Positions 50,376 to 63,338 are shown, counted from the whole stretch's first letter. The stretch: DNA of 63,984 bases, filler included, from Octopus bimaculoides (GCF_001194135.2; 5 parts of 4 records of this genome joined end to end with filler, not necessarily neighbours in it); one strand, 5' to 3'. Numbers and translations: made by a program. The notes: a model not told the origin generated them from the letters alone.

Positions 50376-51189
50376 CATCATCATTATCATCATCATCATC
50401 ATCATCATAATCATCATCATCATCATCGTTATTGTTATTATTGCTGTTCTTGTTGTTGTTGTTATTGTTGATGATAATGATGATGATGATTTGACTCAGG
50501 TTCGTTCTTATCCCTGGTAGAATTTATGTGGGTAGCGAGTTACTACCTGTAACCTTAGGTATCCACAAGCTTTCAATAATCTTTCAAGTGCTTAAGACCC
50601 TCCCGGCGATCTTTCCTGTCCATACAAAACAAACTTTCTCTTGAAGCTCTACAGGACATTTTATTTCAATATCCTTCAACAATTTGTTTGTATCTTTATT
50701 AACAGTCCTCAATGCACCATTTATTACAGACGCAACCTTCACAGTTTTCATACTCTAAGTTCTTGCCATTTGAAATTTTAAGGATTATATTGTTTGCCTT
50801 TCATCGTTTGTTTTGTGTTTTAAATGTTTCAGAGAGGAAGTGAGAGAGAAAGAGAGGGAGTGACAGAGAAAGAATGAAAGAGAGAGTGAGAGAGAAAGAG
50901 AGAAGGAGAGAGTGTGAGAGAGAAAGAGAGAGTGAGAACGAGACAGTGAGTGGTGACGGCGTTCGTTTTGTGTTTTTAAATGTTTATCACATCGCAATAA
51001 AAGTAGATCCATAGATACGTACACATTGTTAAATTAAATACGGGAGAGAGGAGGAATACAGAGGAAGTGAAAGGGAAAGAGACAAAGTGATTGAGACAGT
51101 AGATACATAGATCCAAAGAAAAGTTGATACATAGATACATAGACACAGTAGATAGTGGATGTCACTTTCACTTTTCATTACCACACGAG

Positions 51190-51345
51190 GATAAAATTAA
51201 CTCGCAGGTGGCTGAGTACTCCACAGACATGCATATCATTAATGTATTTCTCGGGGAGATTCAGCCTCACACAGAACATGACAAGGCTGGTCTTTTTCAA
51301 TTACAGCGACAACTCATTTTGGCCAGCTGAGTGAACTGGAACAAG
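51190..51345 (-). mobile_element. SINE family A variant A2 fragment
   Basis: GGCTGAGTACTCCACAGACA...GACAAGGCTGG...ACAACTCATTTTGGCCAGCTGAGTGAACTGG. Confidence 0.8.
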
Positions 51346-51657
51346 ATAAACCTACAAGTGGTTGCAAGAAAACGAAACAAGATCCTTTATAGGGGCAGGG
51401 AAATCTTTTTAGTTGTTAAGGGTCACTCTGGGTGTTAATCCGTTCCTAACAGCGGCATTTGTGTCACAGATCTGGAGGTCAAGCCTCCAGATAAATACCG
51501 ATGCGCAGGCTGTTGTTATCAAACTGAGAGTGAGTCGAGGGCGAATACACGACGGAATAGCAATTATTTCGTCTTAGCTTTCACTGCTTATACTAAACAC
51601 ATAACATATTTGCCTTACAATATGGAACATTTCCTTTTCTTTTTCTCTTTTCAAAAA

Positions 51658-51966
51658 ATGGCACCCCGTCGGTTCCAATGAAGAGGTTCCTGTTTATCTG
51701 ATAACGGAACAGTCTGCTCATAAAATTAACGTGCACATGGTTGAGTACTCCACAGACATACATACCATAGGGTATTCAGTCTCACATAGAATGTGACAAG
51801 GCTGACCCCTTTCAATCACAGCTACAACTCCTTTTTGCCAGCTGAGTGGACTGCAGCAAAGTGAAGTAGAGTGCCTTGCTCAAGAACACAGCGCGCTGCA
51901 GGAAATCGTACTCATGACTTTACCATCGGGGTCCGAATACCCCTAACCACTGAGCCACGCACCCTC
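51658..51966 (-). mobile_element. SINE family A variant A2, near full length
   Basis: tRNA-like head (revcomp of CCCTAACCACTGAGCCACGC), central GCCAGCTGAGTGGACTG...GTGCCTTGCTCAAGAACAC domain, and a 3' tail shared with A1. Confidence 0.85.
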
Positions 51967-53504
51967 ACTCTCTTAACCGTATAGAAAAGGAGTGAGGTGA
52001 TAGAAGCAGAGACAGGAAAGCCTCAGTCATTTACAATCACAATTAGACTAAAATACGATCGATCTTTTCTAGCTTTACTTCTAACAATAAAGAAGGGGAA
52101 AGACATTTAGTAATGAATAGTGGGAAAGTCTTTCAGGTGTTTACGTTTTTATTCTGGGAGTTCTAGAACGATCGACTATTAGTTCTCTCTGTTTTGCCCC
52201 ATCCCCGCTACTTATTCGCCTTCTTGCATAGTTCTTCATGTCTTTTAGTTAGGTGGTGGGGAAGACCATGATTTTCTTTTTTCAGGCACGTTTAATGTTT
52301 TCTATAGAAACTACAAACAAGCCCCCCTCCCTTCCTGTTTTGAAAAGAGCCCAGAAAATTAGGTAATACCGCCAACAAAATTTTACCCTAATCTAAATTT
52401 TACCCTTATAAATTTTACCCTAATCTTATTCTTTCTTCATTTCAATGTGCGTTATTCATTTGAACTTGTGCAGGTACAGGGAAAGAATTTTAGCGTTTAA
52501 ATTTCACTTCTCCCAGAATATTTTGTAAACGTAACTTAAATACATGCCTGAAGAATTCAGATTTACCTGCCTGGAATTTTTCAGAGAATCTACCCACAAA
52601 ATGTTTGAAGTGTTGTATAAAATGAAAGACGCCTGTTAATTTCGCAGACATAGAACTTTAGATAAAGACATGAAACAGTATGCTATATTCTGGTACAGGG
52701 TGGTCGATGGTAAAACAAATATTTATCCCAAAATAAGGTTATATCTTTATTGACATATCTTGCTGCTAAGAGGATCGAAATCAAAGGCCTCCCTCCATTT
52801 AATAGTTTTCTAAATAAAACTATCCCCGTCATAATTATTGAAAGTTATTTCAATAATTACATACAAGCACAAACACACACACATACACTCATATATATAC
52901 ATACGTACTTATGTGTGTGTGTTTGTGTTGTGTGTAGGTGTTTATGAGTGTGTATGTGTATGTGTGTGTGTGCGCGCGTGTTTGCATGTATATGTATATC
53001 TATATAAATATGCTCTTCATGTGTGCGCCACCGTTGTTTAATAAACTGAAAAACTTCTATGATACATCTCGAAAGATTGCCGCAAACCTGTACATTTTAG
53101 GAAACCGAAGAAACTAATAGCCTTGATGGTATTATATCATAATATCAGGAATGGAGTTATTACCAGAAATGTTGATGTTATTGCTGTGAGGCTCAAAATT
53201 ATTCTCAAGAGGTTCATTTCAATATTGGAGCAGTATTAGCAGTAGTGTGTAAAATCCAGCAAAGAAATAGTTAAGAATATATGCATATTAATGTAACTAA
53301 AAATTATAGCTCGTAATATATATATATATATGAGAGAGATAAGGATACATCTCTGTGTATGCCCGTGCATATGTTCGAGTGTATATATATACAAAGATAC
53401 AGATAGGTATATGCATACGTATATGCATATTCATTTATGTATATAGTTTTCTCAAACATAAATTATATATACATATTTGTATATAATTTACATACGCATT
53501 GTAT

Positions 53505-53592
<88 letters not shown>

Positions 53593-53594
53593 AG

Positions 53595-53650
<56 letters not shown>

Positions 53651-53719
53651 GTTATACGTGCATAAACATGTGTGTGCGTGTATGTGTGTGTGCATGTGTA
53701 TATGTGATTGAATGATATT

Positions 53720-54122
53720 GAGTGACTGTGTGGTAAGTAGCTTGCTTACAAACCACATGGTCCCGGGTTCAGTCCCACTGCGTGGCATCTTGGGCAAGTG
53801 CCTTCTACTATAGCCTCGGGCCGACCAATGCCTTGTGAGTGGATTTGGTAGACGGAAACTGAAAGAAGCCTGTCGTATATATGTATATATATATATATGT
53901 ATGTGTGTATGTGTTTGTATGTCTGTGTTTGTCCCCCCAACATCGCTTGACAACCGATGCTGGTGTGTTTACGTCCCCGTAACTTAGCGGTTCAGCAAAA
54001 AAGACTGAAAGAATAAGTACTAGGCTTCCAAAGAATAAGTCCTGGGGTCGATTTGCTCGACTAAAGGCGGTGCTCCAGCATGGCCACAGTCAAAAGACTG
54101 AAACAAGTAAAAGAGTAAAAGA
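53720..54122 (+). mobile_element. tRNA-derived SINE family B, full length, with internal microsatellite
   Basis: A-box-like TGACTGTGTGG, B-box-like GGTTCAGTCCC, CORE-like CTTGGGCAAGTG...TAGCCTC, internal (TA/TG) tract at ~53875-53925, tail GACTGAAACAAGTAAAAGAGTAAAAGAG. Confidence 0.92.
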
Positions 54123-54582
54123 GAATAAGTGATGACAGAAAAACTTTCTGCTTGGAAAAGTATATTCATACATATTCATACATATATGCATGCATACATG
54201 AATATGTACATACATATGTGTGCATATGCTTGTGTTCGTGTGCGCGTATGCCTGTTTGTTAGTTTGTATTTTTGTGCGTGTGTGTGTGTGTGTGTATGGA
54301 AGTGTGTGTGTATGTGTGAGTGTGTGCGTGCGTGTATGTGTGTAATAATAATCTTCTAGAAATGAAATCTTTCACTCCAGGAAACTAAGGAATATAATAG
54401 CCTTGATGACATTATATCAGGATCGCACTTATTACTACAAATGTCAATCATATTTCTGGTAGTTTCCGACATAATACTCAAGAGAACTACTTCTATATTT
54501 GAGCTGTACTAACAGCAGGTTTTGATATCCAGCAATGAAAGTGTCACAAATTAATCCCCATATACATATATGTATGTATGTA

Positions 54583-54639
<57 letters not shown>

Positions 54640-55489
54640 NNNNNNNNNNNNNNNNNNNNNNNNNNNNNNNNNNNNNNNNNNNNNNNNNNNNNNNNNNNNN
54701 NNNNNNNNNNNNNNNNNNNNNNNNNNNNNNNNNNNNNNNNNNNNNNNNNNNNNNNNNNNNNNNNNNNNNNNNNNNNNNNNNNNNNNNNNNNNNNNNNNNN
54801 NNNNNNNNNNNNNNNNNNNNNNNNNNNNNNNNNNNNNNNNNNNNNNNNNNNNNNNNNNNNNNNNNNNNNNNNNNNNNNNNNNNNNNNNNNNNNNNNNNNN
54901 NNNNNNNNNNNNNNNNNNNNNNNNNNNNNNNNNNNNNNNNNNTGTATCTCTGGTGGGGGTCTGGTTTGTGAGCAAAATCCTCCTTCTACAACGGCATAAA
55001 TATTTGAAACGAAACTGACCTTATAAAAAAGGGGTAAATTCCGGATAATCTACAACAGCTATCAAAGCAATTTATAAAGGAACCTGACCTCTTTATACAA
55101 TTTTGAAAAAGTACATGTTTCTTCTAATATGACCAAAAAAAGAAATATTTTTAAATTATACATAAATGCACTTATACTAATCGGATTTTTTTATACGGTT
55201 TATTCTATACAAGAAAAATCTATGGAAAACGCTACTAGCTTTAGTAACTTAGAAGATAAGGAATCGCCAAGAAATTTAATATAGAAGATAAGATTGAATA
55301 CTCATTCGCAACACACAGACACTTACATGTCACGCATAACGTTTTAGAATCAGAAATTAAATTTCGCTACACGTAGTCGTAAATAGATTCAACACTAAGA
55401 GGTCTGCGTCCTTGCGTGTCGATCGACACAGAGCTCCAATTAAAGAACTTTCGGTATGTAAATACACATGGAGATATATGCATGCATAT

Positions 55490-55541
<52 letters not shown>

Positions 55542-55560
55542 CCGCGCGCGCGTGTATGTG

Positions 55561-56814
55561 ACAGGTCATTAAGAATGAAATGTCCAATTTTCTTATGCAC
55601 CAAGTTTGACAGTCATGAACTGTAACGTTTTTTCCTGACAATTCTTAGTTTTACAAAATTGAAGAGTTACATAATCACTTTTCGAAATGCAATTCAGGGT
55701 GTCTGATTATATTGTGAGTTTTCTCTTGTAAATCAATTTTTGTGAATCCATGAATATCACTATGAATTCCGTCGTGGAACCAATGCATCTCAAACAGCTC
55801 GAAACATCAACGAGATGTTTGGTAAAGATATGGTGAATAAGCGCGCTGTACGTCGATGGTTTGAGAACTTCCGGTCCGGTAACTTTACTCTTGAAAATCA
55901 GCTCCGTGGTAGACCTGAGACCAAGGCGGATAATGGTGAGCTGGAAATTGTAGTGGAAGAGGATACATCTCAAACTGTGAGCTAGCAGAAAGGTCTTTAT
56001 GTTTCGATTCCAACTGTATTGTACTATCTGAAGGAAATCGGCAAGATAAAGAGGCTGGACAAGTGGGTACCACACGAACTGAACGAGTATCAAATGATAC
56101 ATCTTCTTAAAACTTACTGGATTTTGTTGTCAGGGCAAAAAAAAGCGAACCATTTTTGCATCGTGTTGTTACGTGTGATGAAAAATGGATTCTTTCCAAC
56201 AGTAGCAAGCATTCTGCACGGTGGTTGGATAGAGACGAAGTGCCAAAACCACAATCCAAAAACGAATATTCACTACAAAAGCTAATGGTGTCTGTTTGGT
56301 GGTCCAGCGCTGGTGTCATCCACTATAGCTTCATGAGGCCTGGTAAGTCAATTACTGCCGATGTATATATCAACCAACTGGATGAAATGATGAACTTGCA
56401 ATTAAAAGAACCGAGATTGGTCAATAGAGACAGGCCAATTCTTTTACAAGACAATGTTTGACCACAGGTTGCACAAAGAACGCTACCCAAGTTACAGGAA
56501 CTGACCTTGGAAGTACTCTGTCATTCATCATGTTCACTAAACCCTGCACCAACTGAATATCACGCTTTCCAGGCATTAGACAACTTTTTGCAAGGAAAAA
56601 ATTTCAAACCCGAATAAGATGCAAAAACAGCATTTCGTGATTTCATCACTTCTTGCTCTCCAGAATTCTTCTCTGCCGGAATAAATAAGATACAGGCAAA
56701 ATGGAAAAATGAGTTGATAATTTAGGTGCATACTTTCATTAACTGCATTGCTTTTCGTTGAGATAAAGTAAAACTTTCAGTTCAAAATCGTACATTTCAT
56801 TCTTTATGACCTGA
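55561..56814 (+). mobile_element. full-length decayed mariner transposon (Hsmar1/cecropia-like, DD34D)
   Basis: About 30-bp TIRs (ACAGGTCATTAAGAATGAAATGTCCAATTT / revcomp TCAGGTCATAAAGAATGAAATGTACGATTT), right end followed by TA; 1254 bp. Confidence 0.93.
55749..56742 (+). pseudogene. mariner transposase pseudogene
   Basis: YEFRRGTNASQTARNIN...VRRWFENFRSGNFTLE...GRP; KWVPHEL; PFLHRVVTCDEKWIL; KLMVSVWWS; ILLQDNV*; NPAPTEYH (decayed third-D motif). Frameshifts and stops present. Confidence 0.92.
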
Positions 56815-57485
56815 TATATATNNNNNNNNNNNNNNNNNNNNNNNNNNNNNNNNNNNNNNNNNNNNNNNNNNNNNNNNNNNNNNNNNNNNNNNNNNNNNNN
56901 NNNNNNNNNNNNNNNNNNNNNNNNNNNNNNNNNNNNNNNNNNNNNNNNNNNNNNNNNNNNNNNNNNNNNNNNNNNNNNNNNNNNNNNNNNNNNNNNNNNN
57001 NNNNNNNNNNNNNNNNNNNNNNNNNNNNNNNNNNNNNNNNNNNNNNNNNNNNNNNNNNNNNNNNNNNNNNNNNNNNNNNNNNNNNNNNNNNNNNNNNNNN
57101 NNNNNNNNNNNNNNNNNNNNNNNNNNNNNNNNNNNNNNNNNNNNNNNNNNNNNNNNNNNNNNNNNNNNNNNNNNNNNNNNNNNNNNNNNNNNNNNNNNNN
57201 NNNNNNNNNNNNNNNNNNNNNNNNNNNNNNNNNNNNNNNNNNNNNNNNNNNNNNNNNNNNNNNNNNNNNNNNNNNNNNNNNNNNNNNNNNNNNNNNNNNN
57301 NNNNNNNNNNNNNNNNNNNNNNNNNNNNNNNNNNNNNNNNNNNNNNNNNNNNNNNNNNNNNNNNNNNNNNNNNNNNNNNNNNNNNNNNNNNNNNNNNNNN
57401 NNNNNNNNNNNNNNNNNNNNNNNNNNNNNNNNNNNNNNNNNNNNNNNNNNNNNNNNNNNNNTATATATATATATATATATTACTT

Positions 57486-57607
57486 AGGCGTGGCTGTGTG
57501 GTAAGAAGCTTGTTTCCCAACCACATGGTTCCGGATTCAGTCCCACTGCGCGGCAACTTGGGCTAGTGTCTTCTACTGTAGCCTCGACCCTGACAAAAGC
57601 CTTGCGT
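57486..57607 (+). mobile_element. SINE family B 5' half
   Basis: AGGCGTGGCTGTGTGGTAAGAAGCTTG...CAGTCCCACTGCG...GTGTCTTCTACTGTAGCCTCG. Confidence 0.9.
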
Positions 57608-58036
57608 CAGTATCAAGTAGTATCAAGTTAGTATCAAGTATCCGTGTGTTAGTATCAAGTGACAATGTTTGGAGTCGTAAGTTAAGGCTGACACAGTTGA
57701 CTGAGCAAGTACAAACAATAACTACTCTGAATGTTTTCTGTCAAGTGTTTGTAGAGAATCAATACATGATTAAGTTTATAACCTTTTTGTACGTTTCCTG
57801 CTACGTTCGTGCGTTAGTGTCACGTGACTGGTTATTTTGAGCCTAAAAACACGGTTGAATGAAGATGTTTAGTTATAATCAAGGCACTCTAAATTTAATC
57901 TCTCTGGTGAGAGAGTGGACAGGAGTTGTTTGTATGTAGTCCAATGGCTAAGATTTAGGTTGTTAGCAGTGTAGCTTCCTCAGGATAAGTAGCAGAATGA
58001 ATGTTGTGTGTGAATAGTTATTTGTGTATGTACTCT

Positions 58037-58415
58037 GTTAAAGTTTGTTAAGTTTTGGTTTGGACTTTGTATGATAGTATTTTCCTTGTTTATCCATGCT
58101 CCATCTGTGGTATTCGCTGAACATAGGTAGAGTGGGAAGACCTGGAAATTGAAAGACTTATTTTTTGCACATATGTCTATATGACCACTCAGTGGAATCT
58201 GTCTAGTAATAAAGTCTCGTATTTGTTGTCATTGAATGGTCAGTTTGTTTCTTAGAGTAAGTTTTGTTTGACCTATGTAATCTTCATTACATCATTGAAA
58301 TTTGATAGCGAAGAACATGTAAAGTGATTTTTTACGCTAAAAGTCAGTCCTGATTTGAATTTGCATGTTGTGTATTCAATAAGGTTGATGCAGGTCCCGC
58401 AATTGGATGACCACA
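58037..58415 (-). mobile_element. Penelope-like element GIY-YIG endonuclease remnant
   Basis: After frameshift repair: CGHP(N)CGTCINLIE...TC...CNEDYIGQTKLTLRNKLTIQ*QQIRD...RQIPLSGHIDICA...FQVFPLY...NKE. This is the Cys-rich linker plus YIGQT motif of PLE endonucleases. Confidence 0.85.
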
Positions 58416-58732
58416 TTTTTCGACTGTTGGTATAGGAATTGTGGAAGGTAATTTAGGACTTGTGAGGTAAAAATTGGACAAACGAGTTTAAACCTTCAAG
58501 TGTTCAAGTGTTTACAGAAATTTCAATGAGTTTGACTGGGAAGCATAATAATATCAACGTAAATGTTCGGTGAAGATTATAACAAATTTACATTATAGGA
58601 AGTTCATTCATACTGAGCTTTTATAAAATAAGTGGATAAGAAAAAATTTTTTTTCCTTCTCTCAACTTTTTCCTCTTTATATAACTAATAGTGAGGAATT
58701 ATCAAACCGGGTAAAATACTCCATAAGCTCTG

Positions 58733-58832
58733 NNNNNNNNNNNNNNNNNNNNNNNNNNNNNNNNNNNNNNNNNNNNTTAATTAATTAANNNNNNNNNNNN
58801 NNNNNNNNNNNNNNNNNNNNNNNNNNNNNNNN
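58733..58832. other. assembly spacer N44-TTAATTAATTAA-N44
   Basis: Same 100-bp structure. Confidence 0.95.
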
Positions 58833-59278
58833 AAATATATCATGCGTTTATATATGTATCTCTTTCTATAGTGATTCACATTTACATATGTGTACATGCC
58901 TGTATTGGTGTGTGAAAGAGATCTTGTCTGTGTTTATGTGTGTGTATATGTATATATGCATATATACATGATATATACATTCAGAAATATACGTACATAC
59001 AGCCATACATAAACACACACACCCACTCACAGACACACACGCACACACACATATATATATATATGTACACACACGCATATACTGTCGTAGAATAAATTGC
59101 TGACTCCTAGAAGTTACTCTGGATCTCTACCATGTATGATTTTCACACGCCGCTGTATATGATACGATGCCTGCGCGTGTGTGTGAGCCTATGTGTGCGT
59201 TCGTGTATGTGTGTGTTCGTGTATGTGTGTGTTCGTGTATGTGTGTGTTCGTGTATGTGTGTGTTCGTGTATGTGTGT

Positions 59279-59324
<46 letters not shown>

Positions 59325-61483
59325 GTATATATGCATACACACTCATACACATATGCATACACACCCACACGTAGATAACTACGTATATATATTTATATTT
59401 ATGTTTATAGACATACATGCACAAACACGTGCAAACACACACACATATATGTGTGTGTGTGACTGTACAAATATGCATGTATGTATGCATGCATGTATAT
59501 ATATATGCATGTATGTGTGTGTATATATATATATATATATACTTATATATATATATATGCATGTATGTGTATATNNNNNNNNNNNNNNNNNNNNNNNNNN
59601 NNNNNNNNNNNNNNNNNNNNNNNNNNNNNNNNNNNNNNNNNNNNNNNNNNNNNNNNNNNNNNNNNNNNNNNNNNNNNNNNNNNNNNNNNNNNNNNNNNNN
59701 NNNNNNNNNNNNNNNNNNNNNNNNNNNNNNNNNNNNNNNNNNNNNNNNNNNNNNNNNNNNNNNNNNNNNNNNNNNNNNNNNNNNNNNNNNNNNNNNNNNN
59801 NNNNNNNNNNNNNNNNNNNNNNNNNNNNNNNNNNNNNNNNNNNNNNNNNNNNNNNNNNNNNNNNNNNNNNNNNNNNNNNNNNNNNNNNNNNNNNNNNNNN
59901 NNNNNNNNNNNNNNNNNNNNNNNNNNNNNNNNNNNNNNNNNNNNNNNNNNNNNNNNNNNNNNNNNNNNNNNNNNNNNNNNNNNNNNNNNNNNNNNNNNNN
60001 NNNNNNNNNNNNNNNNNNNNNNNNNNNNNNNNNNNNNNNNNNNNNNNNNNNNNNNNNNNNNNNNNNNNNNNNNNNNNNNNNNNNNNNNNNNNNNNNNNNN
60101 NNNNNNNNNNNNNNNNNNNNNNNNNNNNNNNNNNNNNNNNNNNNNNNNNNNNNNNNNNNNNNNNNNNNNNNNNNNNNNNNNNNNNNNNNNNNNNNNNNNN
60201 NNNNNNNNNNATATATATATATATTCTTTTGTCTTATTATTTTACTGTAAGAAGTGCAAGCGTTATATATATGGAGAAAAACAAAAAAAAAAATAACAAT
60301 TTAGAATTGAAAATATCACCGAATGCAATGATTTGAAACGGACCGTAGAAATATTACTTATCGGTCAAACGTTGTTAATTTTATATTTCTATTTTTTTTC
60401 TCTTCCAAAGCATTATCTACAAATTTGTGAGTCACGTTTTTTTTTCTAATCTTTTCAAACGTATTTCTTAATTTGTAATATATACACGCATATCTTGTAC
60501 ATAGAAATATATCTTGTATTCGATTATGGTTGTTACAAAAATGGCGATGTTTTAGCAGAATCGGCAACTTAACACACGTCTTATGGTTGTTTCATCGATT
60601 TAGGCTTCATCGATTTTAGGTTTTCAGTTCGAAATTTCCCACGTTCAGCTTTGGTTTTCTCCCTCCTATTGCTGGTAATTCGGTGCCAGTCAAGAACTAC
60701 AATCAATATAATCAGTTAGATCCTCAAGATTTACGTCTCTCAGTTTTGGTATAACACATTATTAATATATCTGTAGAAGAGCAGAAGGAGATGTCGTTTT
60801 TTCATTTAGTTCCCCTACGTTCTGATTCAAATCTAGTAAGGATCATTTTTGACACCTCAATAAAATAGGGACCCTTGAAATACTGAAATCAGTTTTAGTA
60901 CATCACCTCCGTCCAATATGAATGGTGTTGTGTTAATTTTAGAATCCATAGATCGTAGAATTAGTAAGACACCAGCTAAACTTCCAGACAAACCCCGATT
61001 TCTTAATGCCGTCGATTATGCACTCTGACACTGTAGCACAGCAAGGTGAGAGGCTGATATTTTTAAAATCCCCAAATTCCTAGACACATTTTTGCGTTAA
61101 TTGCTCAGTCAAAGTTAAGATAGTTATCATTAAGTTAGAAGCAGTTAGAGTTGCCACAGCATACTAACTCCTGCAACTGTAATCATTTTAAACGGAAAAT
61201 AATTAACACGGAAACCATACATGCTGATTTACAACAAGCAATTGAGCCATATCTAGTTCTAAAGATCACAGCTGAAAAGTGAGTGAAGGCTTAACAACTT
61301 GAGTCCAAGATCAATGTGTTTGAAGAGATATATGTTTTGCATAAGTATCTGAAGTGACTTACTCAAATTACGAGAATATCCATGAGAGAAAAATAGTTAT
61401 ATGAAAGGAAATTTTCTCATATAAAGACGTCTGACTAGGGAAACTCCATCTAAGCAGATTATAAGCTGGAAAACATCACCTTC

Positions 61484-61519
<36 letters not shown>

Positions 61520-61894
61520 CTTTAAGAGAGAGACAGAGACAGACAGAGAGACAGAGAGACAGAGAGACAGAGAGAGAAAGATAATGTATATGTGTATATA
61601 TTGAAAAGAAAATTTTTTAATTAATTTTATTAATTATGCAAACATAATTTAAATACAAATTAAGAATGTCTTTGTTAATCTGCATTCTCAAAGATTTTTT
61701 ATATATAATTAATCACCTTAATTAATTTTTTTTTTGTATATCTCGAAATTTTTCAAATATCAGGAAATATTTTTGTACATGTGTAAGCGTATATGTGTGT
61801 GTTTGTGTATATAACACACACAGATACACACACACACACACACATATATATATACATACATACACACATACATACAAGTATATATATATTCATT

Positions 61895-62105
61895 TATTCT
61901 ATTTCTTGTCTCAATCATTTAATTGCAGCCAAGCTGGAGCACCGCCTTAAAGGGATTTTTAGTCAAAGAAATCGACTCCACGACTTATTCTTTGTAAATC
62001 TAGTACTTATCCTATCGGTCTATTTTGCCGAACCGCTTGGTTACGTGGATGTAAACACACCACCATCGGTTGTCAAGTGATGGTAGTGAAGGGGCAAACA
62101 CAGAC
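61895..62105 (-). mobile_element. SINE family B 3' half
   Basis: GCTGGAGCACCGCCTTAAAG...GACTTATTCTTTGTAA...TAGTACTTAT...GTAAACACACC...CGGTTGTCAAG. Confidence 0.85.
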
Positions 62106-62153
62106 AAAAGTCGCACACACATGAATACATACATATGTATGTGTACGTGTATC

Positions 62154-62223
<70 letters not shown>

Positions 62224-62704
62224 TGCATCATGATCATGATTACTATCATCGTCATGACCATGATGATGATGTTCATCATCATCATCTTCAACTCTGTCAT
62301 CATATGTACATAAATGTGCGTTTTTGTGTCTCTATACATGCAGATGCACAAATATGTTGACAGAGAGAGAGAGAGAATTAGAGAGAGAGAAAGAGAGAGA
62401 GTGAGACAAAGGGGGAGAGAAAAACGGAGCAGCAGCCATGCAGACAGAAAGACCAACAGACAGATGTAGAACTTTAAAAGAGATCGAAATGAGAAAGAGA
62501 TTATGAAACTAAATTGAGGGTATTTAATCAAACGATAGAAAGAAAGCGAAAAATACATTTGAAAATATCTAAAAAAAACAAAAAAACACCGCCATTACAC
62601 GGAATACATGTGTATACACCATGTACGCTTTAAACTTTTACATTGAAACCCACTGAGAGACACACATATACATAGCCTCGTGTGTGAAAGTGTGTGTGTG
62701 TTTG

Positions 62705-62741
<37 letters not shown>

Positions 62742-62841
62742 NNNNNNNNNNNNNNNNNNNNNNNNNNNNNNNNNNNNNNNNNNNNTTAATTAATTAANNN
62801 NNNNNNNNNNNNNNNNNNNNNNNNNNNNNNNNNNNNNNNNN
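62742..62841. other. assembly spacer N44-TTAATTAATTAA-N44
   Basis: Same 100-bp structure. Confidence 0.95.
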
Positions 62842-62874
62842 ATATATATATATATATATATATACATATATACA

Positions 62875-63033
62875 ACGGGCTTCTTTCAGTTTCCGTCTAC
62901 CAAATCCACTCACAAGGCTTTGGTCATCCCGAGGCTATAGCAGAAGACACTTGCCCAAGGTGCCACACAGTGGGACTGAACCCGGAACCATGTGGCTGGT
63001 AAGCAAGCTACTTACTACACAGCCACTCCTGCG
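62875..63033 (-). mobile_element. SINE family B 5' half
   Basis: ACGGGCTTCTTTCAGTTTCCGTCTACC...CACTTGCCCAAGG...GGGACTGAACCCGG...CACAGCCACTCCTGCGC. Confidence 0.92.
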
Positions 63034-63179
63034 CTCACAAATTTCACTTGAAGTGGCACAATTTGGTAGATTTCCATCATGACCCAGTAGAAGAAGGGGA
63101 AAGGAGTCTTGCACACAGAAAATGTAGACTGTATCCAATAACTTACAATGTGTGGACTAAGAAGCAGGAGAGTGTAGCT

Positions 63180-63210
<31 letters not shown>

Positions 63211-63338
63211 CTTAAGAGCAGTCATTGAGCTTTCCTCTCCTCTCTAGCCCTGTAAGCCTATAGAGGCTTAGGCAGCAAACTCAAAGGTGCCATCCCCATA
63301 AAAGTGTTCCTCAGGATGGACTGCTCCATTACCCCACC

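Noticed and set aside
51470-51492. 9-bp hairpin ATCTGGAGG-TCAAG-CCTCCAGAT as a terminator
   Set aside because: No U-tract, eukaryotic context, and such short hairpins are expected by chance in 64 kb.
53720-53790. tRNA genes at SINE heads (also 2230-2292, 57486-57550, 62970-63033)
   Set aside because: A/B-box-like motifs only; no full cloverleaf, and they continue into SINE bodies.
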